A DNA stretch of 63,394 nucleotides from a virus (lineage: Duplodnaviria; Caudoviricetes). Positions 18,429 through 28,257 of this stretch are shown in pieces (position 1 is the first letter of the stretch; every line of letters starts with the position of its first letter). Below the pieces are notes generated by a model. It did not search any database. It saw nothing but the letters and a program-made list of their open reading frames with translations, and was not told where the DNA came from. Where the stretch lies: IMG/VR virus record IMGVR_UViG_3300028588_000025, positions 1-63,394 of that record. One strand, 5' to 3'. The translations under genes were made by a program, and so were the position numbers.

Positions 18429-19453
18429 GACACTACACCGCACCCACCATGACCGAGCTCTACGACCAGCTGGTCGAGAGCCTGATCCATGCCAAGCCGG
18501 ATGAGATCGACCTCAACACCTCGGTGGATGTTTCGATCCATGACGTGATCGCCGAGGCCGACTCGATGGACTGGGACTTCGACATGAAGTCTGCCTGGCT
18601 CACCAAGGGTCGGTGGGCCATGATGCTGAGGCAGTACATCGATCCTGAAGATCTGGAGGCCTGGATTGGGCGAGTCACGAGCAAGATCGGCACCAAGCAC
18701 CGAGGCATCGCCGTCCTCCGAACCAAGATCGTCAAGCCCCGAGGTGGTGCCGCTACGGGTCACACGAATAAGGAAACTCGGTCCTGGGGAAGTTGCATGC
18801 TCAACATCTCCTACAAGGCCCTTCCGGTTCCTCAGATCACGCTATATAGCCGAACCAGCTACCTCGGCTACATCGGAGCCCTCGACCTGACCGTCGCCTG
18901 GGTCATCGGCAGGTACCTGGCCAAGGAGCTGGGTATCGACGTCAAGGACATCAAGTTCGTCTGGGTCAACCAGGCGATCCAGTGGCACAACTTCAAGTCC
19001 CTCGCCTACATGCTCAACCATGTCGACGAGACGAAGCGCGTGCACTATCGTCGCCTGCTCATGGAGCCCTCTTCCGAGCTCAAGGGTGTGGAGAAGCGAG
19101 AAATCGTCGATCACCCTGCGATCAAGGGGTCGCGCAAGTGGCTGCAGGGCATCCTGAAAGATGACCGAGCGGGTCGTACCTACGGGGACATGACCTACAA
19201 CACCTTCCGTCGCATCGTGAGGCGGTTCCACACCGAGGTGCTCGGGCTTGAGGCTGCCGAGGGCTTCGAGGGCTGGTCCTTCTGGAAAAAGGGCGACAAG
19301 GTCGGGCAGGAAAAGGAATACTATAAGGCCTACCAGTTGCTCCCCAGCGTAAAGGTTGGTAGCCTTGACCTGTCACCAATCGGCATGCCCATCAGCAGGT
19401 CGTACGGCGAACCGTTCGTCGGTGGTGACGAGGAGGAGGATGACGATGAGTGA
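18425..19453 (+). CDS. Divergent thymidylate-synthase-fold protein
   Basis: WGSCML (Cys at catalytic position) and LYSRTSYLGYIGALDL aligning with the TS QRSxD...N/D strand. Confidence 0.55.
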   Translation: MRHYTAPTMTELYDQLVESLIHAKPDEIDLNTSVDVSIHDVIAEADSMDWDFDMKSAWLTKGRWAMMLRQYIDPEDLEAWIGRVTSKIGTKHRGIAVLRTKIVKPRGGAATGHTNKETRSWGSCMLNISYKALPVPQITLYSRTSYLGYIGALDLTVAWVIGRYLAKELGIDVKDIKFVWVNQAIQWHNFKSLAYMLNHVDETKRVHYRRLLMEPSSELKGVEKREIVDHPAIKGSRKWLQGILKDDRAGRTYGDMTYNTFRRIVRRFHTEVLGLEAAEGFEGWSFWKKGDKVGQEKEYYKAYQLLPSVKVGSLDLSPIGMPISRSYGEPFVGGDEEEDDDE

Positions 19454-19589
19454 TGCCGAGAAGTCCATCGCGGTCAGCACGCTCGAGGAGCTGTGCAAGA
19501 GCCAGGACCCGAACGTCGCCCTGAGCGCCGCTGCGACGCTCAACAGCAACGAGCAGCGCGCTCTCGACCGCCAGTCCGCCAGCGCTTAG
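19446..19589 (+). CDS. Small hypothetical protein (47 aa)
   Basis: GAGGAGGA RBS; overlap coupling. Confidence 0.5.
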   Translation: MSDAEKSIAVSTLEELCKSQDPNVALSAAATLNSNEQRALDRQSASA

Positions 19590-19621
19590 AAGCGCTCCCA
19601 GGGCCCGTAGGAGATAGAATC

Positions 19622-20506
19622 ATGTTCGCATTCAGCACCGAAGCGCGATCGATCACCGACCCATTCAAGGAGATGTTCGGTGACATCCAGGATCGACTGC
19701 TTCTCGAGAAGCCGATCAACGTCGGCGAATGGCAGAGCCAGAAGATCGGTACGCCGATGCGCGAACTGCTGAACGTGGTTTGCTCCTACCGCATCCCCGG
19801 CTCGCGACAGGAACTGGCTCGACAGACAGGGGCACACCTGCCCTGGGCTGAAGACCACTTCCAAGAGCGAGTCGGGGGTGTGGCCCTCAACCCTGCCCCC
19901 AGCGAGGCATGGTGGCCCTTCGCCGCCAGGAAAGACAACACCACGAACGCCGCTCACAAGAGCGAGGGTGAGGCCTTCAGTCACACCTACCCCGAACGTA
20001 TGTGGCCCAAGCTGGCAAATGGAGGGAGGGAAGAGGTTGACCATGCCGAGGGCGATGTCTGGGATATCACTCAGTCACCTCACCAAGGTATCCGATTCGA
20101 GTATGGCGATCTCGAGGACATCGTTCAGATCCTCCACAAGTCGCCCATGACTCGCCAGGCCTACCTGCCCCTCTGGTTCCCCGAGGACCTCACCGCCGTG
20201 CGCGAGGGCAAGCGAGTCCCCTGCACCCTCGGGTACGGGTTCATCATGCGCCATGGCATCTTGCACATGAGTTACTTCATGCGCTCGACCGATCTGCTTC
20301 GTCACTTCCAGGACGATATCTACATGGCGGGTCGCCTCAACCAGTGGGTAGTGGAACAGCTCAACGGGTTGCTTCGTGATCAGGGTGACACGCCGGTACT
20401 CTCGTCGGGCACTCTCACCTTCCACACCCAGAACATGCACATCTTCGACGCGGACGTCGATCGGATCAAGTACATCAAGAGTCAGGGTCAGACATGGGCA
20501 GAATAG
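19622..20506 (+). CDS. Thymidylate-synthase homolog, probably dCMP (hydroxy)methylase
   Basis: YPERMW, TRQAY, RVPCTLGY, MRSTDLLRHFQDDIY, NMHIF; Asp at the position equivalent to E. coli TS Asn177. Confidence 0.8.
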   Translation: MFAFSTEARSITDPFKEMFGDIQDRLLLEKPINVGEWQSQKIGTPMRELLNVVCSYRIPGSRQELARQTGAHLPWAEDHFQERVGGVALNPAPSEAWWPFAARKDNTTNAAHKSEGEAFSHTYPERMWPKLANGGREEVDHAEGDVWDITQSPHQGIRFEYGDLEDIVQILHKSPMTRQAYLPLWFPEDLTAVREGKRVPCTLGYGFIMRHGILHMSYFMRSTDLLRHFQDDIYMAGRLNQWVVEQLNGLLRDQGDTPVLSSGTLTFHTQNMHIFDADVDRIKYIKSQGQTWAE

Positions 20507-21063
20507 CACGCAATGAGATGCTGATGCAGATGGCCGAGGTCGTCGCTCAGCGAGGAACCTGCTCTCGCCTGCAGGTCGGGTCGGTGGTCAGTCGTGATGG
20601 GCGGATCATCGCAACAGGCTACAACGGTACGCCTAAGGGCCTGCCTCACTGCGTTCACGAGAAGTACACCGTTGGGCCTGGGAACGTTGCCCCCGGGTGG
20701 TTCCATAAGATGATGGACGCTCAGGCCTGGGAAGAGCAGATCGCAGTCGGTACTGTGTTCCACTGGGATGGTCATACCATGACTCGAATGCTCGGCGGAC
20801 CAGGTGATGGCCCCTCGGGAGGTTGCACTCAGGCTGTGCATGCCGAGCAGAACGCCATCAGCTTCGCTGCCAAGCACGGTCTCGAGCTGAACCGAGGTGA
20901 CATGCACGTGACCCATGCGCCCTGCTCAGCATGCGCTCGTTCGATTATCAACGCGGGGATCAACACAGTCTACTTCAGGACGCCCTACCGACTCACCTCG
21001 GGTGTGGAACTCCTTCACCAGGCGGGGCTCAACGTCATTGACATGTCGACCCCAGTAAGGTAA
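20494..21063 (+). CDS. dCMP deaminase (ComEB-like) with internal insertion
   Basis: TCSRLQVG, TGYNG, HAEQNAI and PCSAC zinc motifs. Confidence 0.93.
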   Translation: MGRIARNEMLMQMAEVVAQRGTCSRLQVGSVVSRDGRIIATGYNGTPKGLPHCVHEKYTVGPGNVAPGWFHKMMDAQAWEEQIAVGTVFHWDGHTMTRMLGGPGDGPSGGCTQAVHAEQNAISFAAKHGLELNRGDMHVTHAPCSACARSIINAGINTVYFRTPYRLTSGVELLHQAGLNVIDMSTPVR

Positions 21064-21066
21064 GGT
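21038..21066 (+). promoter_or_regulatory. Promoter for a leaderless DNA polymerase mRNA
   Basis: TTGACA, 17 bp, TAAGGT; ATG 7 nt downstream with no RBS. Confidence 0.7.
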
Positions 21067-21072
21067 AGTCAT

Positions 21073-23589
21073 ATGGATGACATTTGCGAGCTGTGTGACA
21101 AGGGCCATGTCGTAGGTACATACGGCATCGGTTCGATGGATGCTGAGATCGTGGTGGTCACGAATCGCAAGTCGTCGGGGCGCTTCCAGGATGCGCTCGA
21201 GCTGCAGCTGAGTGGGCTCGGTCTTGATCCCGCCAAGATGCGCTTCACCCCGGTGATCAAGTGCTCCGAGTTCGACGTGAGCCTCACCAACAAGCAGCTC
21301 AAGGATCACGCGGCTGAGTACCTGATCCCCGAGCTCGATCGCATGCCTAATGCCAAGTTTATCCTTGCGCTCGGCAATGAGTCGCTGCTGGCTACCATCG
21401 GCAAGTCGGGCATCACCAAGTACCGAGGGCGCGCCTTCGACCGAGGTGATGCCATTGTCATGGCGACGGTCTCGCCCTCGGCAGTCAATCGCAACCCCGG
21501 CCAGAAGCCCGCATACATCGCTGACCTTCGCCTGTTTGCCAACAAGGTCAATGACAAGGCAGTCGGTATCAAGGACCCCAAGTACCTGGTCGTCGACTCG
21601 AAAGAGGCCCTCGATAAGCTGGGGCGTATCCTTGATATGACTGACGAGCTCGACTTCGATATCGAGACCACGATGGGCGAGTACTACGAAGCTGATAGCG
21701 AGATGGTATCTGTTGCAGGTACCTGTGAGGTTATCAAACCAGATGGCACCAAGGGTCTCGTGGTATTCGCCCTGCCCCTCAGTCACCCTGAGTCGGTATG
21801 GCGCAACAAGTGGCAGGCCATCCTTCGATGGTTCGGTCGTCACATCAAGAAGATCCGCAAGGTGGTTGCCCACAACTCCAGCTTCGATTGCAAGTGGATG
21901 ATCTGGTACGGGGTCCCCCTCTACCCGACCTTCGATACGATGCTCGCTGTCCACTTGCTGAATGAGAATGTGCAAAAGGGGCTGAAGCCTCAGGCCATGT
22001 CTCGCCTCGGTGTACCGCCCTGGGGCATCGACACGGGTAACCTGCAGTCGAAGCCTCTCAAGGAGGTGCTTCACTACAACGTTCTCGATACCTGGTACAT
22101 GTACCACATCAAGAAGCAGCTCGTCAAGGAGCTCGCTGCTCAGCCTCGCCTGGCCCGCATCTTCAAGTTCGAGACCATGCCTGCCCAGCGCGAGCTGATC
22201 GACAGCGAGATTCGCGGGGTATGGATCGACGTCGAGCGACTCAAGGAGCGCAAGCCCATCGCTGAAGAGCGACTGCGCATCATCGAGGAGAACATTCGTG
22301 AGGCAGCGGGCCTGCCCGACAAGGATGACCCTGACTGGCCTGCCAACATCAAGCATCTTAAGTCGGGTGACAAGCGTATCCCGATGGCTGAGAACTTCAA
22401 TGCCTCGATCTTCGCACGATGGATGCTCTTCGAATGGTGTGGGCTGCGCGTCGTCGAGCGAGGCAAGCCCAAGCCCGATGGTTCACCCGGTGACCCCAGC
22501 ATGGCTGAAGGTGTGCTCATGGAGCTCAAGGATGACCACCCGGTCGTCAAGCACATGCTCGAGCGCGTCACCGCTCAGAAGCACCTCTCCTCGTTCTTCA
22601 ACCCATACGAGGCCCTCTACGACGACAATCACCGCATCCACACCACGTTCAAGCTTGCCGGCACGGTGACTGGGCGACTGAGCTCGGGCAAGGCTGACGC
22701 TGACAAGATCAGTGGCACTCGGGGTAAGATGCGAGGGGTCAACCTTCAGCAGGTGCCTCGGGATAAGTTCATCAAGGGCATGTTTGGTGCCCCGCCCGGG
22801 TGGACCTTCGTCGAGTCTGACTACTCGCAGGTTGAGCTGAGGGTGGCAGCCTTCCTCGCTAACGAGGAGAACATGAAGCACATCTACTCGATCGGTGGTG
22901 ACATTCACACCAGCACCGCCATGACCGTGACTGGGTTGCCCAAGTCTGAGATCACGGGCGAGATTCGCAAGAAGGTGGGCAAGCCCGTCAACTTCGGGTT
23001 CCTCTATGGTATGGGGGCCAAGAAGTTCACCATTACCGCCTTCGAGAACTATGGTTCACGATTCAGTATCGAGGATGCCGAGGCTGCCCGAAAGGCCTAC
23101 TTCAAGCTATACCCTGCATTGCTCCCATGGCACGCCAAGCAGCGACGCTTGGTCAATCAGTATGGGCGGGTCGAAAGCCCCCTGGGGCGCGTCCGTAACC
23201 TCCCTGACATCTACTCGCCCGATCAGGGGGTGCGCGCTGAGGCTGAGCGCCAGGCGATCAACAGCCCAGTTCAGGGCTTCGCTTCTGACCTCGCCGTGCT
23301 CAGCATGATCGAGATTAATCGTCAGTTCCGCGAGCGGGGTATCGCAGGTCACTGCCTCGGCCTCGTGCACGATGCCATCAACTATGAGATTCGTGATGAC
23401 CACCTGGCCTGGGCGCTGCCGATCATCAAGGACACCATGGAGGACATGGACCTCGTATACAAGCGATTCGGCACGGTGGTTGATATCCCGATCATCGCCG
23501 ATGTTGCGGTCGGGCAGCACTGGGGTGACAAGACCGAGCTGAGCCCCGACCAGGTGTACGACTTCAGGCTTGACTACAAGGGCCAGTAG
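21073..23589 (+). CDS. polA: Family A DNA polymerase with N-terminal UDG-like domain and 3'-5' exonuclease
   Basis: FDIET (ExoI), AHNSSFD (ExoII), TGRLSS, NLQQVP, DYSQVELR (A), K.VNFGFLYG (B), LVHDAI (C). Confidence 0.95.
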   Translation: MDDICELCDKGHVVGTYGIGSMDAEIVVVTNRKSSGRFQDALELQLSGLGLDPAKMRFTPVIKCSEFDVSLTNKQLKDHAAEYLIPELDRMPNAKFILALGNESLLATIGKSGITKYRGRAFDRGDAIVMATVSPSAVNRNPGQKPAYIADLRLFANKVNDKAVGIKDPKYLVVDSKEALDKLGRILDMTDELDFDIETTMGEYYEADSEMVSVAGTCEVIKPDGTKGLVVFALPLSHPESVWRNKWQAILRWFGRHIKKIRKVVAHNSSFDCKWMIWYGVPLYPTFDTMLAVHLLNENVQKGLKPQAMSRLGVPPWGIDTGNLQSKPLKEVLHYNVLDTWYMYHIKKQLVKELAAQPRLARIFKFETMPAQRELIDSEIRGVWIDVERLKERKPIAEERLRIIEENIREAAGLPDKDDPDWPANIKHLKSGDKRIPMAENFNASIFARWMLFEWCGLRVVERGKPKPDGSPGDPSMAEGVLMELKDDHPVVKHMLERVTAQKHLSSFFNPYEALYDDNHRIHTTFKLAGTVTGRLSSGKADADKISGTRGKMRGVNLQQVPRDKFIKGMFGAPPGWTFVESDYSQVELRVAAFLANEENMKHIYSIGGDIHTSTAMTVTGLPKSEITGEIRKKVGKPVNFGFLYGMGAKKFTITAFENYGSRFSIEDAEAARKAYFKLYPALLPWHAKQRRLVNQYGRVESPLGRVRNLPDIYSPDQGVRAEAERQAINSPVQGFASDLAVLSMIEINRQFRERGIAGHCLGLVHDAINYEIRDDHLAWALPIIKDTMEDMDLVYKRFGTVVDIPIIADVAVGQHWGDKTELSPDQVYDFRLDYKGQ

Positions 23590-23604
23590 TGATAGGGTGG
23601 TGCC

Positions 23605-23928
23605 ATGACTGATCGACTACCATTTCATCTCGAGTACGGCCAGGGGCTGAATCACCTTGGCATCGATCCCCTACCCGAAACTCGAGCTCATGCCGATGCC
23701 AAGGTTCGAGACATGATCAAGCGTGGCAATCTCACTCACTTGATCTACTCGAGAAATAATTTGAACTACTGGGTTATGGACGACCTCGTCTCATACCAGA
23801 AGCAGCTCATGGAGGAAATACTCATGAGGCAGGAGCTGCTGGGCAAGTACTTCACGGGGGGTGAATACAATGGCCGAACCGAACTTCTGCTCCCGAGCAC
23901 AAAAGGTGATCTTCTCCGACAAGCTTGA
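23605..23928 (+). CDS. Hypothetical protein (leaderless)
   Basis: TTGACT-17-TAGGGT promoter with ATG at +7. Confidence 0.6.
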   Translation: MTDRLPFHLEYGQGLNHLGIDPLPETRAHADAKVRDMIKRGNLTHLIYSRNNLNYWVMDDLVSYQKQLMEEILMRQELLGKYFTGGEYNGRTELLLPSTKGDLLRQA

Positions 23929-24560
23929 AGCTAAGATCGCCCTCGCTCGCAGGGTGTGGAAGGACAAAGGCGAAGTTCGCTACTATCGCTGCCCTCGTAC
24001 CAACCATTACCACCTGACTTCAGAGGAAAAGCGAGCAGCATGACTCGACGAGTTTTTCTTCCCACTGACTGGCCAGGATACCCCCCGCGGTTCAGGCCTG
24101 CTGGTAAGCCTTCAGTCAAGGGAGGTCGATGGTTCGTTCGTAAGTATAGTCGATGGGGCAAGAGCAAGGGGCCTGTTTGGCGCGCCTGGACGCAAGGTAA
24201 GAACAAGTCGATGAGTCGATCGTTCAAAACCTATCGGGAGGCCATCGAGTGGGCTCAGTTCCACGCAGGAAGGACAACAGCATGAGCATTCGTCAGCCAG
24301 TCGCGCGCAAGATATGCAAGGGTGCAGATAAGGTGTGCCTGGTTGGGGGCTGCGGCTACTGCTCAGGGTCTTGGGGCAAGTGGAAAAGCATCGAGGTGGT
24401 GCGCTCATATGCGGAGCGCACGGATCAACTGGGAGCTTTCCTCGATGGCCTCGAGCATGACTTCTATAATGCACAGGTCAAGTACGACAATGGGCAGCTG
24501 AAGTATGACAGGTCAGGGCAGCGCACCATTGACCCGGAGAACGTCCCCGTCATAGAATAG
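23870..24560 (+). CDS. Three small coupled hypothetical genes (23870-24043, 24040-24285, 24282-24560)
   Basis: ATGA overlaps; YYRCP..HYHLTS motif in the first; CxxC in the third. Confidence 0.55.
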
Positions 24561-24585
24561 TGACACCAATTACTTAGGAGTTGCT

Positions 24586-25704
24586 TTGACAGCCGTGAAT
24601 CTCGGCTCCATTGGGGAGCGGCCAGCCCAGGGCTTGTACTGGGACGCGAAGGCAAACGATGGCGAGGGTGCGCGCATCTCGACTCACTCGATGCTGAAGA
24701 CCTTCCGGACTTGCCCGAAGCAGGCGGAGTTCAAGTACGTCCACCGTCTCAAGCCCAAGAGGCTCGGCACTCCGCTCAAGCGCGGTACCTGGTGGCACTC
24801 CCTGCTCGAGGCCGATGGTCGGGGCGAGGACTGGCGCGAGGTGCACGAGGATTACACCAAGCAGTTCAACCAGCTCTTCGATGAGGAGAAGGACTACTAC
24901 GGCGACATGCCGACCGAGCTCAAGCAGATGATGCTCGCGTACAAGTGGCACTACCAGCAAGATGAATGGGAGTACGTCGACAACGAGTTCCAGCTCGAGG
25001 CCAAGCTGCCCGATGGCACCATCTATCGAGGCAAGGTCGATGCCCTGATCCGCAACGCGTTCGGCCTCTGGCTCGTCGATCACAAGTCGCACAAGACCCT
25101 GCCTGACGCCAACTTCCGTCTTCTCGATGCACAGTCTGCCCTTTATCTCTGGGCCGCCGAGGAGAACGGGCTCAAGGTCAACGGGTTCATCTGGAACTAC
25201 GCCCGATGGAAGGTGCCGGCCACACCTCAGCTGCTCAAGGATGGTAGCCGGATCAGCAAGTCGGTGACTGACACTGACTACCCGACCTATGTCCGAGCGC
25301 TCAAGAAGTACAAGGCCGAGAACCCCAACTTCAAGATCACCCAGGAGTACAAGGACCGGGCCAACTACCTCAAGTCGCAGCAGTACGTTCCGGGCAAGCC
25401 CCAGACCTCGGACTTCTTCCGACGAGACATCCTCGAGAAGTCGCCCGATATGCTCGAGCGAGTCGTTCAGGGCAACTACACGACCTCGCTTCGGATGCAC
25501 GAGTACGACTTCAGTAACCCCGACTACGTCGAGCGCAACGTCGGGCGAGGCTGCACCTTCCAGTGTTCATTCACTGACATCTGTACTGCCGAGCTCATGG
25601 GCGCCAACACCAAGCCCCTGATCAAGCAGAACTACACCGTTGGGGACCCCAACGACTACTACAACGACCGGGCTGGCGACCAGCCCAAGGAGGAAGGCAA
25701 CTAA
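24586..25704 (+). CDS. Cas4-like / PD-(D/E)XK exonuclease
   Basis: SHSMLKTFRTCP, GKVDAL..LVDHKS, Q..LY, C-terminal C..C....C; TTG start after AGGAG. Confidence 0.88.
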   Translation: MTAVNLGSIGERPAQGLYWDAKANDGEGARISTHSMLKTFRTCPKQAEFKYVHRLKPKRLGTPLKRGTWWHSLLEADGRGEDWREVHEDYTKQFNQLFDEEKDYYGDMPTELKQMMLAYKWHYQQDEWEYVDNEFQLEAKLPDGTIYRGKVDALIRNAFGLWLVDHKSHKTLPDANFRLLDAQSALYLWAAEENGLKVNGFIWNYARWKVPATPQLLKDGSRISKSVTDTDYPTYVRALKKYKAENPNFKITQEYKDRANYLKSQQYVPGKPQTSDFFRRDILEKSPDMLERVVQGNYTTSLRMHEYDFSNPDYVERNVGRGCTFQCSFTDICTAELMGANTKPLIKQNYTVGDPNDYYNDRAGDQPKEEGN

Positions 25705-26096
25705 TGAGCAACCTCGTCGAGCACGCCAAGCGCGAGCTCAAATTGCTGGGCAACGGTCCGGAGATCGATGAGCCCGTGCTCAAGATCGTCGAGATCTTCA
25801 GCGAGATGGGCCACTCGGGTTCTTCGGCCGCCTACACCTCGGGGGTGATCCACGAGCTGCTGCAGTACAAGAACCTCAAGCCGCTGACCGACGACCCCGA
25901 GGAGTGGTTCCTGCACGAGGGCCACGGCCCCGATGGCGCTGACATGTGGCAGAACAAGCGCAACAGCGAGGCCTTCAGCGACGACGGCGGCAAGACCTAT
26001 CACCTCAACGGGGAAGCCAAGTTCAACCACACTACGGGCAAGAACGTCAAGGGCCCCCTCCACACCAGCATCGACCACATGATCAAGGAGAAGTAA
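25704..26096 (+). CDS. Conserved phage hypothetical protein
   Basis: GHSGSSA...LKPLTDDPEEW...WQNKR motif; TAATG coupling. Confidence 0.7.
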   Translation: MSNLVEHAKRELKLLGNGPEIDEPVLKIVEIFSEMGHSGSSAAYTSGVIHELLQYKNLKPLTDDPEEWFLHEGHGPDGADMWQNKRNSEAFSDDGGKTYHLNGEAKFNHTTGKNVKGPLHTSIDHMIKEK

Positions 26097-26440
26097 TGAT
26101 GGGTAACGCCGGTAACGAATGGAACATCGATAGCTCTCACGCCTATCAGAACGAGGATGCGTCGGAACGAGGCCCGGGTCTGATGCGCGACCTCGACGCC
26201 CTCGAGAAGAACATCGCGATCCTCGGTGAGCTCAGCGGTGCGCTCGAGAGGCACATCGAGCCCATCCTCACACCCCAGACCGAGATCAACACCAACGTCG
26301 AGTCGGGGATGGCCCCGAACGTGAAGGGCAAGGACACCGACGAGCCTTCCAAGGTGCGCCGTCGCATCCAGCAGCTCAGCTCGATGCTCGAGCAGCAGTC
26401 GCGGCGCATCGAGAAGCTGATGCGACAGGCTCAGATCTGA
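26096..26440 (+). CDS. Hypothetical coiled-coil protein
   Basis: TAATG/TGATG coupling. Confidence 0.65.
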   Translation: MMGNAGNEWNIDSSHAYQNEDASERGPGLMRDLDALEKNIAILGELSGALERHIEPILTPQTEINTNVESGMAPNVKGKDTDEPSKVRRRIQQLSSMLEQQSRRIEKLMRQAQI

Positions 26441-27219
26441 TGGCCGGAGACATCAACGCTGTCGCACGAGGTCGCATCACCCGGCCGTCGACGATCAAGC
26501 GCTTTCCTCGCATCCTCGTCTACGCTCGCAACAAGAAAGGGAAGTCGACCTTCGCCATCTCGGCTGGTGTGGACAACACGCTGGTCCTCGATCCCGAGCA
26601 CGGCACCGATGAGATGAAGACCAAAGACCCCCAGGTCTGGCACATCGAGAAGTGGGAAGACCTCGACGACGCCTACAACTTCCTTCGTCATGGCAACCAC
26701 CAGTACAAGTGGGTCGTCGTCGACGGGCTCACGAAGTACTCCAACATGGCGCTCAAGTACGTCATGAAGCTGCAGGAGGAGAAGTCGCTCGATCGCATCC
26801 CCGGCATGGTGCAGCAGCGCGACTATGGCAAGGCCGGCGAGCTCATGAAGGACCTGCTCACCCGCTTCCACAACCTGCCTATGGGCATCATCTTCACCGC
26901 CCAGGAGCGCATGGACGAGGCCTACGACAGCGAAGAGGATGAGGATGCCGGCGGCGACGCGGCGGTCTTCGTGCCCGACATGCCGAAGGCAGTGCGCGGT
27001 TACGCCAACTCGATCGTGGACGTCATCGGTCGCCTCTACGTCGTGAAGAACGACGATGGCAAGTCCGAGCGGCGACTTTGGATCGGTGAGGCCCTCAAGT
27101 ACGACACGGGCTACCGATCGGACTTCACCCTTCCCGACATGATCAGGAACCCCACCATCCCCAAGCTCGTCCGTCTGATCAGGACCGGATCGGAGAGGCC
27201 CGCCGCGAAGAAAGCCTAA
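26440..27219 (+). CDS. Sak4-like AAA ATPase / recombinase
   Basis: LVYARNKKGKSTFA, LDPEHG, VVVDGLT, IFTAQE; located between exonuclease and SSB. Confidence 0.85.
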   Translation: MAGDINAVARGRITRPSTIKRFPRILVYARNKKGKSTFAISAGVDNTLVLDPEHGTDEMKTKDPQVWHIEKWEDLDDAYNFLRHGNHQYKWVVVDGLTKYSNMALKYVMKLQEEKSLDRIPGMVQQRDYGKAGELMKDLLTRFHNLPMGIIFTAQERMDEAYDSEEDEDAGGDAAVFVPDMPKAVRGYANSIVDVIGRLYVVKNDDGKSERRLWIGEALKYDTGYRSDFTLPDMIRNPTIPKLVRLIRTGSERPAAKKA

Positions 27220-27300
27220 GAATGAGGCCCTTGGAACCCGATGGGCCCAAATGATAAAGTACAACCAGATCATCTCACCAACCCCAGAAAGGCCCACACC

Positions 27301-28116
27301 ATGGGAACTGCTTCCAAGCAGAACATCGACTTTTCGCAGGTCAAGGATGGTGGTGCGTTCAACCGCAAGCGCATCCCGGCCGGCGACTACTCGGCCACGA
27401 TCACCAAGGTCGAGGACGCCAAGGCCAAGGACGACAACTTCCAGTACCTCTTCACCATCAAGATCGACAAGCTGCCCAGTTCGGTTCACCCGTACTACTG
27501 CAAGCTCGTCGAGAACCAGCTCTGGAAGCTGCGCAACCTGTTCATCGCCTCGGGCATCTCGATCCCGAAGAAGAAGGTCCAGGTCGACCCCAACCGGCTC
27601 ATCGGCAAGACCATCGGCGTGACCATCGAGGACGACGAGTACGAGGGCAAGGAGCAGTCGACCATCTCGGGCATCTTCCCGGCGGCCGAGCTCGGTGACA
27701 CCCCCGACGTCGACGAGGACTCCGAGCCCGACGAGGGTGACGAGGACGAGCCGCTCGAGGAGGAGGCCCCGCTCGAGGACCCCGACGAGGAAGAGGCTGA
27801 GGAGGACGAGGAGGAGGCCGAGGCTGAGACCATGACCGACCCCTACGCCACCCTCGACCGCGCCCAGCTGAAGGCCGAGCTCAAGAAGCGCGACTCCAGC
27901 TTCGTCGCCAAGAAGTCGCAGACCGACGACGACCTTCGTGCCCTGCTCAACGCGCCGGCCGAGTCTGACGACGACGAGGACGACGAGCCGGCGGTGGTCG
28001 AGACCAAGAAGCCGGCCGCCAAGTCGACGACCAAGCCTCGCGTCAGCAAGGCGAAGGCCAAGGCTGACACGGTCAGCGATGACGAGCTCGAGGAGCTGGA
28101 CATCGACGACCTCTAA
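27301..28116 (+). CDS. SSB-like protein (DUF669-like) with acidic linker and HeH-like module
   Basis: IPAGDYSATI..LWKLR..LIGK..EYEGK; acidic tail ending LDIDDL. Confidence 0.75.
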   Translation: MGTASKQNIDFSQVKDGGAFNRKRIPAGDYSATITKVEDAKAKDDNFQYLFTIKIDKLPSSVHPYYCKLVENQLWKLRNLFIASGISIPKKKVQVDPNRLIGKTIGVTIEDDEYEGKEQSTISGIFPAAELGDTPDVDEDSEPDEGDEDEPLEEEAPLEDPDEEEAEEDEEEAEAETMTDPYATLDRAQLKAELKKRDSSFVAKKSQTDDDLRALLNAPAESDDDEDDEPAVVETKKPAAKSTTKPRVSKAKAKADTVSDDELEELDIDDL

Positions 28117-28132
28117 GTCGTCCCGCTAACTG

Positions 28133-28178
28133 CCCGCCCCGCCCGATCTTCCGTGCAAGTTGATCGGTCGGGGCGGGT
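28133..28178 (+). terminator. Hairpin terminator after the SSB-like gene
   Basis: CCCGCCCCG.CCGATC...GATCGG.CGGGGCGGG followed by TTGGTGTT. Confidence 0.65.
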
Positions 28179-28257
28179 TGGTGTTCGACCACCTTGCTAT
28201 TTCAGGGAATGGTTGGGTAAGATACATGTATCATCCACACCAAGAAAGGAGGGCATC

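Noticed and set aside
17034-21063. SPO1-style hydroxymethyluracil replacement
   Set aside because: Less likely than cytosine modification because the TS homolog has Asp rather than Asn at the specificity position and the phage encodes ThyX. Not fully excluded.
24586-25704. Cas4-like gene as evidence of a CRISPR system
   Set aside because: No repeat-spacer array or other cas genes; it sits in the usual exonuclease-Sak4-SSB recombination module.
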